From Chitinophagaceae bacterium (GTDB lineage: Bacteria > Bacteroidota > Bacteroidia > Chitinophagales > Chitinophagaceae), in the NCBI GenBank assembly GCA_036260755.1, contig DATAMD010000357.1:1-45623 (forward strand): DNA of 45,623 nucleotides, in the 5' to 3' direction. Positions 35,903 through 44,758 of the stretch are shown here, piece after piece (position 1 is the first letter of the stretch; each line of letters starts with the position of its first letter). The translations under genes were made by a program, and so were the position numbers. The notes beneath the pieces are model-generated. The model made no database searches, had not been told where the DNA came from, and saw only the letters and a program-made list of their open reading frames with translations.

Positions 35903-36472
35903 ATGGCTATTTTAAAATTCAGGGTTTATTTGGAAGAAGATGATTCTGTGTATCGTGATATTGTAATTAATCACAAACAAAGTTTTGCTGATCTGCATTT
36001 TGCAATTTTAAAAGCGTATGAGTTCGACAGCAAACATCAGGCAACATTTTTTCGCAGCAACGATAACTGGTTACAGGGCCGTGAAATAAGTTTTGAAAAG
36101 TATGATAAAAAATATGTGGCCGAACCCTTGCTGATGGCCGAAACGCCTATTGGCAGCGAGATTCGTGATACCAACCAGCGGTTTATTTATGTGTACGATT
36201 TTCAAAAAAACTGGACATTCTTAATTGAACTGATTAATGTTAGCAAGGAAGAAAATCCTAAAATAATATATCCTTCAGTTTCAAGAAACGAAGGTATTGG
36301 CCCGCAACAATATGGCACAAAAAGTTTATTGGGTGATAAGTTTGCCGAAATAGAAGAGAAGTACGATATAAAAGAAGCAGGCGAAGGTTTTAGTGAAGAA
36401 GGCGAAGAAAAAGAAGATGCCGAAAGTGAAGATAATTTTGAAGATGGAAACGGAACAGAAGAAGAATTTTAA
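35903..36472 (+). CDS. MM3350-like (plasmid pRiA4b ORF-3 family) domain protein with an acidic C-terminal tail
   Basis: LKFRVYLEEDDSVYRDIVINHKQSFADLHFAILKAYEFD ... YVYDFQKNWTFLIEL resembles the PRiA4_ORF3 fold family (recognised from memory). The tail is Glu/Asp-rich. Confidence 0.6.
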   Translation: MAILKFRVYLEEDDSVYRDIVINHKQSFADLHFAILKAYEFDSKHQATFFRSNDNWLQGREISFEKYDKKYVAEPLLMAETPIGSEIRDTNQRFIYVYDFQKNWTFLIELINVSKEENPKIIYPSVSRNEGIGPQQYGTKSLLGDKFAEIEEKYDIKEAGEGFSEEGEEKEDAESEDNFEDGNGTEEEF

Positions 36473-36513
36473 TTTATGATTTGATATTTCTAATTTTTAA
36501 TTTCTAATTTAAA

Positions 36514-37401
36514 ATCTCAAATAATAAATTACATACCGTTGTTGTTATTGTTGGCCCAACTGCTGTTGGTAAAACATCTTTTGCAATAAAACTGGCGCAG
36601 CAATTAAATACAGAAATTATTTCGGCCGACTCGCGTCAATGTTATAAAGAATTAAATATTGGAGTTGCCAAACCCAGCGACGAGGAATTAAAAAAGGCGC
36701 ATCATTATTTTATTAATTCGCATTCTATTTTTGATGATATTAATGCCGGAACGTTTGAACAATATGCTTTGCAAAGTGCAGAAACTATTTTTCAAAAAAA
36801 CAAAATAGCTGTAATGGTTGGTGGCACCGGTTTGTACGTGAAAGCATTTTGCGAAGGCATGGATGAAATTCCCAAAGCCGATGATTCTATCCGCAAAAAT
36901 ATTCTGCAGCAGTTTGAAATAAACGGATTAAAATGGTTGCAGGAAGAAGTTCAAAAAAAAGATGCAGCATTCTGGCAAATTGCCGAACAACAAAATCCTC
37001 ACCGTTTAATGCGAGCATTGGAAGTGTTAGAAGCAACAGGAAAATCGATCACTTTATTTCATCAACATAAAAAAACAGAACGGCCATTTAATATTATCAA
37101 GATAGGATTGGTGTTACCGAGAGAAGAATTAAAATACCATATCAACACAAGAGTTGATGCCATGATGCGGCAGGGGTTATTGGAAGAAGTAAAATTATTA
37201 TTGCCGCATCGTTCGCTGAATGCCTTGCAAACAGTGGGTTACAAAGAATTGTTTAATTATTTCGACGGAAAAATTTCTTTGGCAAAAGCTGTTGAAGAAA
37301 TTAAAACAAATACGCGGCATTATGCCAAACGCCAGATGACATGGTTTAAAAAAGATGAAGAAATTAAATGGCATCATCCATCAGACAGCATTAAAATTTA
37401 A
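36514..37401 (+). CDS. miaA: tRNA dimethylallyltransferase; true start uncertain (no canonical start upstream of the P-loop)
   Basis: The frame is open from 36508. VVVIVGPTAVGKTS P-loop at 36538-36579, SADSRQCYKELNIGVAKP motif. The first ATG/GTG/TTG in frame is TTG 36769 (ORF-track start), which would delete the P-loop. ATC 36514 is proposed. Confidence 0.8.
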   Translation: MSNNKLHTVVVIVGPTAVGKTSFAIKLAQQLNTEIISADSRQCYKELNIGVAKPSDEELKKAHHYFINSHSIFDDINAGTFEQYALQSAETIFQKNKIAVMVGGTGLYVKAFCEGMDEIPKADDSIRKNILQQFEINGLKWLQEEVQKKDAAFWQIAEQQNPHRLMRALEVLEATGKSITLFHQHKKTERPFNIIKIGLVLPREELKYHINTRVDAMMRQGLLEEVKLLLPHRSLNALQTVGYKELFNYFDGKISLAKAVEEIKTNTRHYAKRQMTWFKKDEEIKWHHPSDSIKI

Positions 37402-38920
37402 ATCCAACCGTCATCATTAAATTTCCGTAACCGCCTTTTTGCACGGCATAAGTATTGGCAACATCATTTAAACGATAAGGGAAATTAACATCGTTTACAA
37501 AAACCTGCGAGTAACCGAGATCAATAAACATTCCGTGATTGCGGTAACCGATACCACCACTGGCAATAAAACGGTTGGCTTTTAAAGTTGCATCGGCATA
37601 AGGGCTGCCGTAATATGCGGTACCTAAGCGAATCATAAATACATCAAATTTTAGTTCGCCGCCCACACGGATATTTACATTGCCTTTGTAATAATCTTTT
37701 ATTTCGTTGTTGATATAAGTGTAATACTTAGACAACGACTGATCGGTATTATTTCCTTTTGCCGAAAACCTTGCGCCACGATAATTTACATATTCAACAT
37801 CGGCGCTGATAAAACCTTTTTGATTCTTAATGTTGGCATCTTCACTAAAAATAAAACTTGCACTGGCAATGGCACGCCATGGTGTGATTAAATTATATGA
37901 TCTGTCGCCGGGGTTGCCGCTGTTTAAGTTATCGCTGCTTTCGCTTTTTAATCCTGCATAGGCTTCAGTATTTGTTGTTAGCCACGATCTGATCTGATCT
38001 CTGTAACTCATTAACTGCGGTGTGTGAAAAGCAAATCCCAAACGAAAATTATTTTGCGGTTTATAGATGACGCCTAATTTTAAACCAACACCGGTTCCGC
38101 TCGACGTTGATGTTTCGTGATAATTGAAATACGCAAAATTATTATTCGGATTATTAGTTGCATCTTTTTCGGAATAATAAAAATCTTTTTTATGATAGAT
38201 GATTGGAATAACCAAGCTTCCCCCAACATATAATTTGTCTTCAATGTTACCTGCTAAACCAAGTGCTATTTCGTGATAACCGCCCTGCGTTTTGGCATCA
38301 TAATATTGATTGATTCCGGTAGAAACAGGTACTAAACTTTTATAACCAATTTGATTGCCGATTAAAACGGTATCAATCAGATAAGTCCTGAAAGCAAGTG
38401 ATGAACCAAAAATATAATTACTTAATGCAGCATTGGTATCGGCCCGGTCTCTCACCAATTCTTCCAAATATTGTTCGGAGAATGAACTGTAATTATTATA
38501 GCCGCTGTATTGTACATGATTATTATAACTTGCCAACTGGTTAACAGAAATCGAAAATGCAGTACTGGTCCATTTGCTGTATTTGTTGGTACTTCCCGAA
38601 CCAAAAACAAATCCGATAGGGCCGTATTGAAAAATATTTTTTTTAACTGTTGTATCTGTACCGCGATAATTTAGTTTATTATTATTGAAAGTAATTCCGG
38701 GCGATAAAACAAATTCATTTGTTTTATACATTCCTAATCCGGCAGGATTAATATTGGCAGAAGTAATATCGCCGCCCAAAGAAGCATTTACACCACCAAT
38801 CGAAATAATGCGGGCAGATCCGTTTTGCGTGAACCATGCAGTTCGTAAAGCATCATCGGGAACCTGCGCGAAAATATGAAGACATGAAAATGTTGCAATG
38901 AATAATAAATATTTTTTCAT
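37391..38920 (-). CDS. outer-membrane beta-barrel protein, FadL/TodX-like
   Basis: Signal peptide. N-terminal NPAGLG motif typical of the FadL family. C-terminal ...MMTVGFKF with terminal Phe. 509 aa. Confidence 0.6.
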   Translation of the reverse strand: MKKYLLFIATFSCLHIFAQVPDDALRTAWFTQNGSARIISIGGVNASLGGDITSANINPAGLGMYKTNEFVLSPGITFNNNKLNYRGTDTTVKKNIFQYGPIGFVFGSGSTNKYSKWTSTAFSISVNQLASYNNHVQYSGYNNYSSFSEQYLEELVRDRADTNAALSNYIFGSSLAFRTYLIDTVLIGNQIGYKSLVPVSTGINQYYDAKTQGGYHEIALGLAGNIEDKLYVGGSLVIPIIYHKKDFYYSEKDATNNPNNNFAYFNYHETSTSSGTGVGLKLGVIYKPQNNFRLGFAFHTPQLMSYRDQIRSWLTTNTEAYAGLKSESSDNLNSGNPGDRSYNLITPWRAIASASFIFSEDANIKNQKGFISADVEYVNYRGARFSAKGNNTDQSLSKYYTYINNEIKDYYKGNVNIRVGGELKFDVFMIRLGTAYYGSPYADATLKANRFIASGGIGYRNHGMFIDLGYSQVFVNDVNFPYRLNDVANTYAVQKGGYGNLMMTVGFKF

Positions 38921-38962
38921 AGATGAGATTTAGAATAAAATTGTAATGGCGATAATAACGAT

Positions 38963-39772
38963 CTAATTTCTGGTAGCACGGCCACCACTGCTGTTGCTGC
39001 CTCTGCTGCTGTAGCCACCGCTATTACCTCCGGCCGAACTGCTTGAAGAAGAAGAAGAAGTGTTTTGCATTCTGACAGGATTGCTCCACGAATTAGAATA
39101 ATTATTATTAGAATTATTGGCAGGAGAACTAAATACCCTGCGTACTAATGTGCCAAAATTATTGGTACTTGTTCCTGCAATTGTGCCGGGACGGAAATTA
39201 TATGATGCATTATTGCTGTTATTATAAAGTCTGTTTTGATATGCAAAAATATTAGAGCCCATCGTGCCTGTATTTTTTAATGTTGGGTCCTTATAACTGT
39301 TTACCACAAACACAGGATTATACCAACCACCGCCATAACCGCCGTATCCTCCATAATAATTATAGAATGGATTCCATCCAAAATAAAATGGGTTATAACC
39401 AAATCCCGAATAATAACTTCCCCAACCAAAAGGATTGTAAAAAGAAGAATAATACGGATTGTAGAAAGAGGAATAGTACGGGTTATAAAAAGAATTGTTA
39501 TAATAATAACGGCTGTCGTTCCAGTAACTGTAATCATCCAACGAATTCCAGTAATCGTAATTATGAACTTTCATTTGTAAATAACGATCATCATTGCTGC
39601 TGATGTATTCCTGATATTCGCGTTGATCTTTTGTTGTATTTAATTCTTTTGCAACAATATATTTTGCAGGAGAATAATATACATCATCAGGTGTTTGACT
39701 TGATCTGTATGCACTGGTACATCCGCTTAATAAACCGGCTGCAATTAATATGGAAAATAGGGTTTGTTTCAT
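38963..39772 (-). CDS. lipoprotein with a Tyr/Asn/Gly/Ser-rich low-complexity region and 8-aa tandem repeats
   Basis: Lipobox LLSGC. SSFYNPYY repeated three times (24-bp DNA repeat around 39430-39500). GGYGGYGGGWYNP. Poly-Ser C-terminus. Confidence 0.6.
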   Translation of the reverse strand: MKQTLFSILIAAGLLSGCTSAYRSSQTPDDVYYSPAKYIVAKELNTTKDQREYQEYISSNDDRYLQMKVHNYDYWNSLDDYSYWNDSRYYYNNSFYNPYYSSFYNPYYSSFYNPFGWGSYYSGFGYNPFYFGWNPFYNYYGGYGGYGGGWYNPVFVVNSYKDPTLKNTGTMGSNIFAYQNRLYNNSNNASYNFRPGTIAGTSTNNFGTLVRRVFSSPANNSNNNYSNSWSNPVRMQNTSSSSSSSSAGGNSGGYSSRGSNSSGGRATRN

Positions 39773-39906
39773 GGCTTCAGTTTTTGATAAGTTTCTTAAT
39801 GTGAAGTTACATACATTTGCGACGTTGGCAATGCTATAATAAATGCTGCAAAGATTCTGCCAAAGTGTATTAAAAAATGTTAATTTGTTAAAGTAGACAA
39901 AAAAGT

Positions 39907-41385
39907 ATGAGTAAGGAAATTACATCGAGGGAACAAGATTATTCCCAGTGGTACAACGACATTGTGATTAAAGCAAGTTTGGCAGATTATAGTGCTGTTA
40001 GAGGTTGCATGGTTATTAAGCCGCATGGTTTTGCTTTATGGGAAAATATGAGAGATGCTTTAGATAAAATGTTTAAAGACACTGGGCATGTGAATGCTTA
40101 TTTTCCTTTGTTTGTTCCAAAAAGTTTATTTGAAGCCGAAGAAAAAAATGCAGAAGGTTTTGCTAAAGAATGTGCCGTTGTTACACATTATCGTTTAAAA
40201 GCCGATCCCGATAATAAAGGGAAATTAATTGTTGATCCCGAAGCAAAATTGGAAGAAGAGTTAGTAGTTCGCCCAACCAGCGAAGCAATTATCTGGAGTA
40301 CTTATAAAGGTTGGATTCAATCATACCGCGATCTTCCATTATTAATTAATCAATGGGCAAATGTGGTTCGCTGGGAAATGCGTACGCGTTTGTTTTTACG
40401 CACTGCCGAATTTTTATGGCAGGAAGGTCATACTGCTCATGCAACAAAAAATGAAGCGGTTGCTGAAGCAAAATTAATTTTAGAATTATATGCCGATTTT
40501 GCAGAGAACTGGATGGCATTGCCCGTAATTAAAGGAGTAAAAACTGCCAGCGAACGTTTTGCCGGTGCCGAAGATACTTATTGCATTGAAGCCCTGATGC
40601 AGGATGGCAAAGCATTACAGGCAGGCACTTCGCATTTCCTCGGGCAAAATTTTGCCAAAGCATTCGATGTAAAATTCAGCGATAAAGAAAATAAACTCGA
40701 ATATGTTTGGGCAACAAGCTGGGGCGTTAGTACAAGATTGATTGGTGCATTGGTGATGGCGCACAGCGATGATGATGGTTTGATATTGCCTCCAAAAATT
40801 GCACCAATACAAGTTGTAATAGTTCCAATTTTTAAAGGAGATGAACAAAAAGCAATGATTGATGCAAAAGTGAACGGGATTGTTAAACAATTGAAATCTT
40901 CCGGCATTTCTGTAAAATATGATGATAACGAAAATAACCGCCCGGGATGGAAATTTGCTCAATACGAATTGCAGGGAATTCCTGTTCGTTTGGCAATTGG
41001 TGCAAGAGATTTAGAAAATAATGTGGTTGAAGTTGCACGCCGCGATACAAAAGAAAAGAAGAGTGTAAGTCTTGATGGCATTGCCTCGTACATAACAACT
41101 TTATTAAACGATATTCAATCAAATATTTTTAACAGGGCAAAAGCTTATCGCGATGAGCATATTACTAAGGCTGATAGTTGGGATGAGTTTGTAAAATTAT
41201 TAGATGAAAAAGGCGGATTTATTTCTGCGCATTGGGATGGTACCGATGAAACAGAAGAAAAAATTAAAGAATTAACCAAAGCAACTATTCGTTGTATTCC
41301 TGTTGATAATGAATTGGAAAATGGCGTTTGTATTTTAACAGGAAAGCCTTCTGTACAAAGGGTTTTATTTGCAAGAGCGTATTAA
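39907..41385 (+). CDS. proS: proline--tRNA ligase (archaeal/eukaryote-like type)
   Basis: 492 aa. Class II motifs ([31 protein letters not shown]) and a C-terminal ProRS-C domain ending in ARAY. Confidence 0.95.
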   Translation: MSKEITSREQDYSQWYNDIVIKASLADYSAVRGCMVIKPHGFALWENMRDALDKMFKDTGHVNAYFPLFVPKSLFEAEEKNAEGFAKECAVVTHYRLKADPDNKGKLIVDPEAKLEEELVVRPTSEAIIWSTYKGWIQSYRDLPLLINQWANVVRWEMRTRLFLRTAEFLWQEGHTAHATKNEAVAEAKLILELYADFAENWMALPVIKGVKTASERFAGAEDTYCIEALMQDGKALQAGTSHFLGQNFAKAFDVKFSDKENKLEYVWATSWGVSTRLIGALVMAHSDDDGLILPPKIAPIQVVIVPIFKGDEQKAMIDAKVNGIVKQLKSSGISVKYDDNENNRPGWKFAQYELQGIPVRLAIGARDLENNVVEVARRDTKEKKSVSLDGIASYITTLLNDIQSNIFNRAKAYRDEHITKADSWDEFVKLLDEKGGFISAHWDGTDETEEKIKELTKATIRCIPVDNELENGVCILTGKPSVQRVLFARAY

Positions 41386-41408
41386 TTTTATTCTTTAAAT
41401 AAATTATG

Positions 41409-41446
41409 AATGCCGGTTACTTAAAACAAGTGCCGGCATTTTTTTA
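41409..41446 (+). terminator. intrinsic terminator after proS
   Basis: AATGCCGG (41409-41416) pairs with CCGGCATT (41433-41440), followed by TTTTTTT. Confidence 0.55.
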
Positions 41447-41463
41447 TTGCTTAAAAAGTTGCA

Positions 41464-41548
41464 GTTGAAGTATGCAATACTTTGTTGAGCTAAGTACCGA
41501 TTGCCTCTTTTGATGCCATGAAAATGTGTTGCCGGTAACAAAATATTT
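41464..41548 (+). repeat. decayed copy of the bipartite element
   Basis: GTTGAAGTATGCAATAC differs from GTTGAAGTGTGCGACGC only by transitions. An intact GCCGGTAAC (41531-41539) plus A-rich tail runs to the stop codon at 41553. The spacer is lengthened. Confidence 0.4.
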
Positions 41549-41552
41549 TGCA

Positions 41553-42149
41553 TTAAAATTCGATCCCCATTTTTATTGATAGCCTTTGAAAGCTGAAATG
41601 GTATTGATAATAATTGGTTTGATAATGGAGCATTTGAGACAGATCCATCCATGGGAAATATGTAATAATATGTTGCGAATAATTAAACTGTTTGTAACTG
41701 TAGCCTGCCGACAAAAAAAACTTATTGTTTTTTGTAATGGCTTTGCTTATTCCAATTCCTGTTTCTGCATATAGCGAATTAGTAAACGTATATGCCTCAC
41801 TGCCATCGCTCCAGTTTTTTGGATAATTATTATTGCGTAATGTGTAATTTTTTCCGGCATCGGCATACAAAAAAGGCATCCATTGTTTGTTGCCAAAATA
41901 TTTTCTGGCATCAATAAAAACGGGGACGCTTGCAATTTGATACGGATCGTAAGCAACGCCAAAACCCGCAATCCAATTGTGTTTTAGCTTAAAACCATTT
42001 ACAGTTTGCAAACTAATGCCGCTAGAATTTTTTCCAACAATAACACCAATATTGTTGATACTTGTAAACCTTAATTTCTTTTCTGTTTTTTGTGCATTGA
42101 TGTGTTGAAATAAAATTAACAGCACAATGACTATTATAATTTTTTTCAT
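41553..42149 (-). CDS. small outer-membrane beta-barrel protein (hypothetical)
   Basis: Signal peptide MKKIIIVIVLLILFQHINAQ, alternating strands, C-terminal ...KMGIEF. Confidence 0.5.
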   Translation of the reverse strand: MKKIIIVIVLLILFQHINAQKTEKKLRFTSINNIGVIVGKNSSGISLQTVNGFKLKHNWIAGFGVAYDPYQIASVPVFIDARKYFGNKQWMPFLYADAGKNYTLRNNNYPKNWSDGSEAYTFTNSLYAETGIGISKAITKNNKFFLSAGYSYKQFNYSQHIITYFPWMDLSQMLHYQTNYYQYHFSFQRLSIKMGIEF

Positions 42150-42150
42150 A

Positions 42151-43416
42151 CTAATTATTTTGATTGATACTTAATTTGCTGAGCCGTTGAATATGGTTTA
42201 TATTAGAATAATCAAACTGGTACAAACCATCGGCGGCGGTTACAATTGCAATTCCATTTATGCAAATAACATCGTACGGCGTATTAATTGATATAGATTT
42301 TTTTAGTTGCAATGCTGAAACATTTGATGCATCGTAAACTTTTAAAACATCATCACAAATAATTAAAGTATTACCGTCTTTTGCAAGTCCCACGGGTTTA
42401 CTCATCGGATAGATTGTAACCAAATGAGGATTTAATACATCAGTTACATTCACTACATCCAATTCGTTTTTTTGCCCGCTGCACATCGATCCGTTATACA
42501 AGGTGATGAAAGCATTAATGCCATCTGTAATAACCGGATCGCAGGCTGTTGCATGAGTAAATGTTTTTAATAAAGTTGGATTATCGGCATCGGCAATGCT
42601 AAAAATATACATGCCCGATGTAGAGCCGATGAATAACTTATCCTGAAACGGATAAATAGTTTCGGCCGTGCCAATACCTAAGTGAAGATTATTTTTAGAG
42701 AGGAAAGTTGGTGCTGAAGGATCGCTGATATTTAATGCCAGCAAATTATCGGAACTAACAGAATATAAACGATTATTTATAACGGCCATCTTTGCCATAG
42801 AACCTGCCGTGCCTGTTGTTGATTGAGCTGATGAAGCATTTGCCATTGAAGGGTTTGAAGTAAAATAAATACCGCCCTGATACCAATAATTATTTCCGCT
42901 AAAACTTGCATCAACAATGGTGTCGTGCTTAATCCAATCTGTAATTATTTTATTGCTGTCAATATAATAACCACTTGCATATCTTCTTTCGGGATAAAGG
43001 TTTGCCGCATAGCTTTTAAGTGTAACGTTATTAATGTTGCTAATGTCTATTGCAAATAAATCGGTATAACAATCGGCATATAAAATATTTCCGTTTACAG
43101 CTAGATCTTCATTTCCCGGAATGGTTATAAACGCTTTATTTATGGGCGATGAAGGATTGCTGTTATCAATAATATGGATGCCTTTTTCTTTTTCAATCAT
43201 AAAAATAAAATTGCCTTTCACATATATTTTACCGGCATTTACGATGGGTTGTGCAACATCGCTTTTAACAGATGCCCTTACCTCGGCAGTGGTGTGCAAG
43301 ACCGGAGTATAAAAACTGTACATGCGTGTGCCGGAATCTTTTATACAAGCTTTCAGAGAAAGCAATACAATTACTGCAAGCACCAAAGTGCTTGTTAACA
43401 TTATTTTCTTTTTCAT
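42151..43416 (-). CDS. LVIVD-repeat beta-propeller lipoprotein
   Basis: Lipobox LSLKAC. Repeated G..a.DV.V.GN.aYvA-type units (for example GNEDLAVNGNILYADCYTDLFAIDIS). Only 1 nt separates it from the downstream gene. Confidence 0.65.
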   Translation of the reverse strand: MKKKIMLTSTLVLAVIVLLSLKACIKDSGTRMYSFYTPVLHTTAEVRASVKSDVAQPIVNAGKIYVKGNFIFMIEKEKGIHIIDNSNPSSPINKAFITIPGNEDLAVNGNILYADCYTDLFAIDISNINNVTLKSYAANLYPERRYASGYYIDSNKIITDWIKHDTIVDASFSGNNYWYQGGIYFTSNPSMANASSAQSTTGTAGSMAKMAVINNRLYSVSSDNLLALNISDPSAPTFLSKNNLHLGIGTAETIYPFQDKLFIGSTSGMYIFSIADADNPTLLKTFTHATACDPVITDGINAFITLYNGSMCSGQKNELDVVNVTDVLNPHLVTIYPMSKPVGLAKDGNTLIICDDVLKVYDASNVSALQLKKSISINTPYDVICINGIAIVTAADGLYQFDYSNINHIQRLSKLSINQNN

Positions 43417-43426
43417 AATGATGAGT

Positions 43427-44758
43427 TTACTTGTTTATTTTTTTCTTTTTCGTTGATGTATTAATTGGAAAAAGAAGCTGAGCAGAAATTTGTTGTTTAA
43501 AATATTTTTTATTGTTGATTTGATAGAATGGCGTAAAGCCTTGTTCCACCTTAATTACAGCCTGCATGTTGTTGTAAAAACAAATACCGGCACCAATGCC
43601 TGCATTAAACTGAACGTTTTTAATAAGTGATGGATTGTAATAATATCCGTTTAAGTATTCATCGGTGAGTAACCATTTTTTTGCAAACAAAAAATATATA
43701 GAAACCCCTGCCTGCAAATAAAATTTATTTTTATTTTTTGGATTGATAAAATAATTTAATGCAAAAGGGATGTCGATAGCATGAGCATAATTAATGATGC
43801 TGTTTGTTGTACCTGCTTTGTAATAATATGCAGCAAAACCCATGGTAGTGTCGGTTTTATTTCCGGTAAACTGTTTGTTTTGCAGATAATAATATTGTAA
43901 TCCGGTTTCAAAATTCCATGCAGTTGAAATTTCTTTTTTGTAACGGATACCGGCGGTAAAATGAGCCCCTGTTTGCGGATTAGTGATATTATAAGCTGTG
44001 CCGGGATTTGTAAAGTTTACATTGCCTGTATTAGCCTGTGGCAAACTAAAATTTTGTAAAAGCGAATTATTATTTATTGCAAGAGTGCCGGCACCTGCAA
44101 CTATAAACCATTGATTTGTTTTGCTTTTTATTTTCTTTGATTGATTTGTTGCAACGTTTTTTACCGAATCACTTTTTAATACAACCAAATCTTTTTTGGC
44201 AACCTTTATATTTTTCTTTTGAATTGTATCGGTATTAACTGCATTATTTTCTGTTGTTGTATTTAAATTAAGTATGTTGATTGAATTGTTTTGTTTTTTA
44301 GTGTTATCAGCAATAACATTTTTCTGCAACAATTTATCCGAAATGTTTTCATTACTCAAATCAGGGTGAGCAATAATTTGCAACTGGTTAATTAATTTTT
44401 TTTGCTGTTGTTTATTATCAGCAACTATAACATTATTTTCTTTTGTTGTTACATTTTTTAATTGCCCAATGTTGTTTGCTGTATCTTTTTTATGCTCGTT
44501 TATTTCCTCAATCTTTTTTAATTTGGCGGTTGATGATAAACTTGTTGCTGTATTACTTGCTTGCTTTTTATTGTTGTTTTCCCACACAAAAAAAACAATG
44601 GCAACAATGCCTGCAAGGGGCATCCACCACCAAAAAATCCACCTGTGTTTTTGGCGTGGATGTAAAGTTGCTTCCACATCCTGCCATATTTTTGGCGAAG
44701 GATTTAAGCTGAAACCTCTTACTTGTTGTTCAATATTTTTTTCAAATTTTCCCTGCAT
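43427..44758 (-). CDS. membrane-anchored protein: short cytoplasmic N-terminus, 1 TM, low-complexity linker, C-terminal OMP-like beta-barrel (putative anti-sigma partner)
   Basis: WIFWWWMPLAGIVAIVFFVW TM helix after about 40 aa. Asn/Lys/Thr-rich linker. C-terminal about 220 aa with alternating aromatic strands. Overlaps the sigma gene by 17 nt. Confidence 0.6.
   Translation of the reverse strand: MQGKFEKNIEQQVRGFSLNPSPKIWQDVEATLHPRQKHRWIFWWWMPLAGIVAIVFFVWENNNKKQASNTATSLSSTAKLKKIEEINEHKKDTANNIGQLKNVTTKENNVIVADNKQQQKKLINQLQIIAHPDLSNENISDKLLQKNVIADNTKKQNNSINILNLNTTTENNAVNTDTIQKKNIKVAKKDLVVLKSDSVKNVATNQSKKIKSKTNQWFIVAGAGTLAINNNSLLQNFSLPQANTGNVNFTNPGTAYNITNPQTGAHFTAGIRYKKEISTAWNFETGLQYYYLQNKQFTGNKTDTTMGFAAYYYKAGTTNSIINYAHAIDIPFALNYFINPKNKNKFYLQAGVSIYFLFAKKWLLTDEYLNGYYYNPSLIKNVQFNAGIGAGICFYNNMQAVIKVEQGFTPFYQINNKKYFKQQISAQLLFPINTSTKKKKINK

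Noticed and set aside
39280-39603. ORFs of 107 aa (+) and 78 aa (-) inside the Tyr-rich lipoprotein gene
   Set aside because: They are by-products of the 24-bp tandem repeat and low-complexity DNA. Only the 269-aa frame has a lipobox and a sensible start.
41404-41652. 82-aa minus-strand ORF overlapping the proS terminator, the decayed repeat and the 3' end of the small barrel gene
   Set aside because: It overlaps a better-supported gene out of frame and runs through a terminator hairpin and a repeat.
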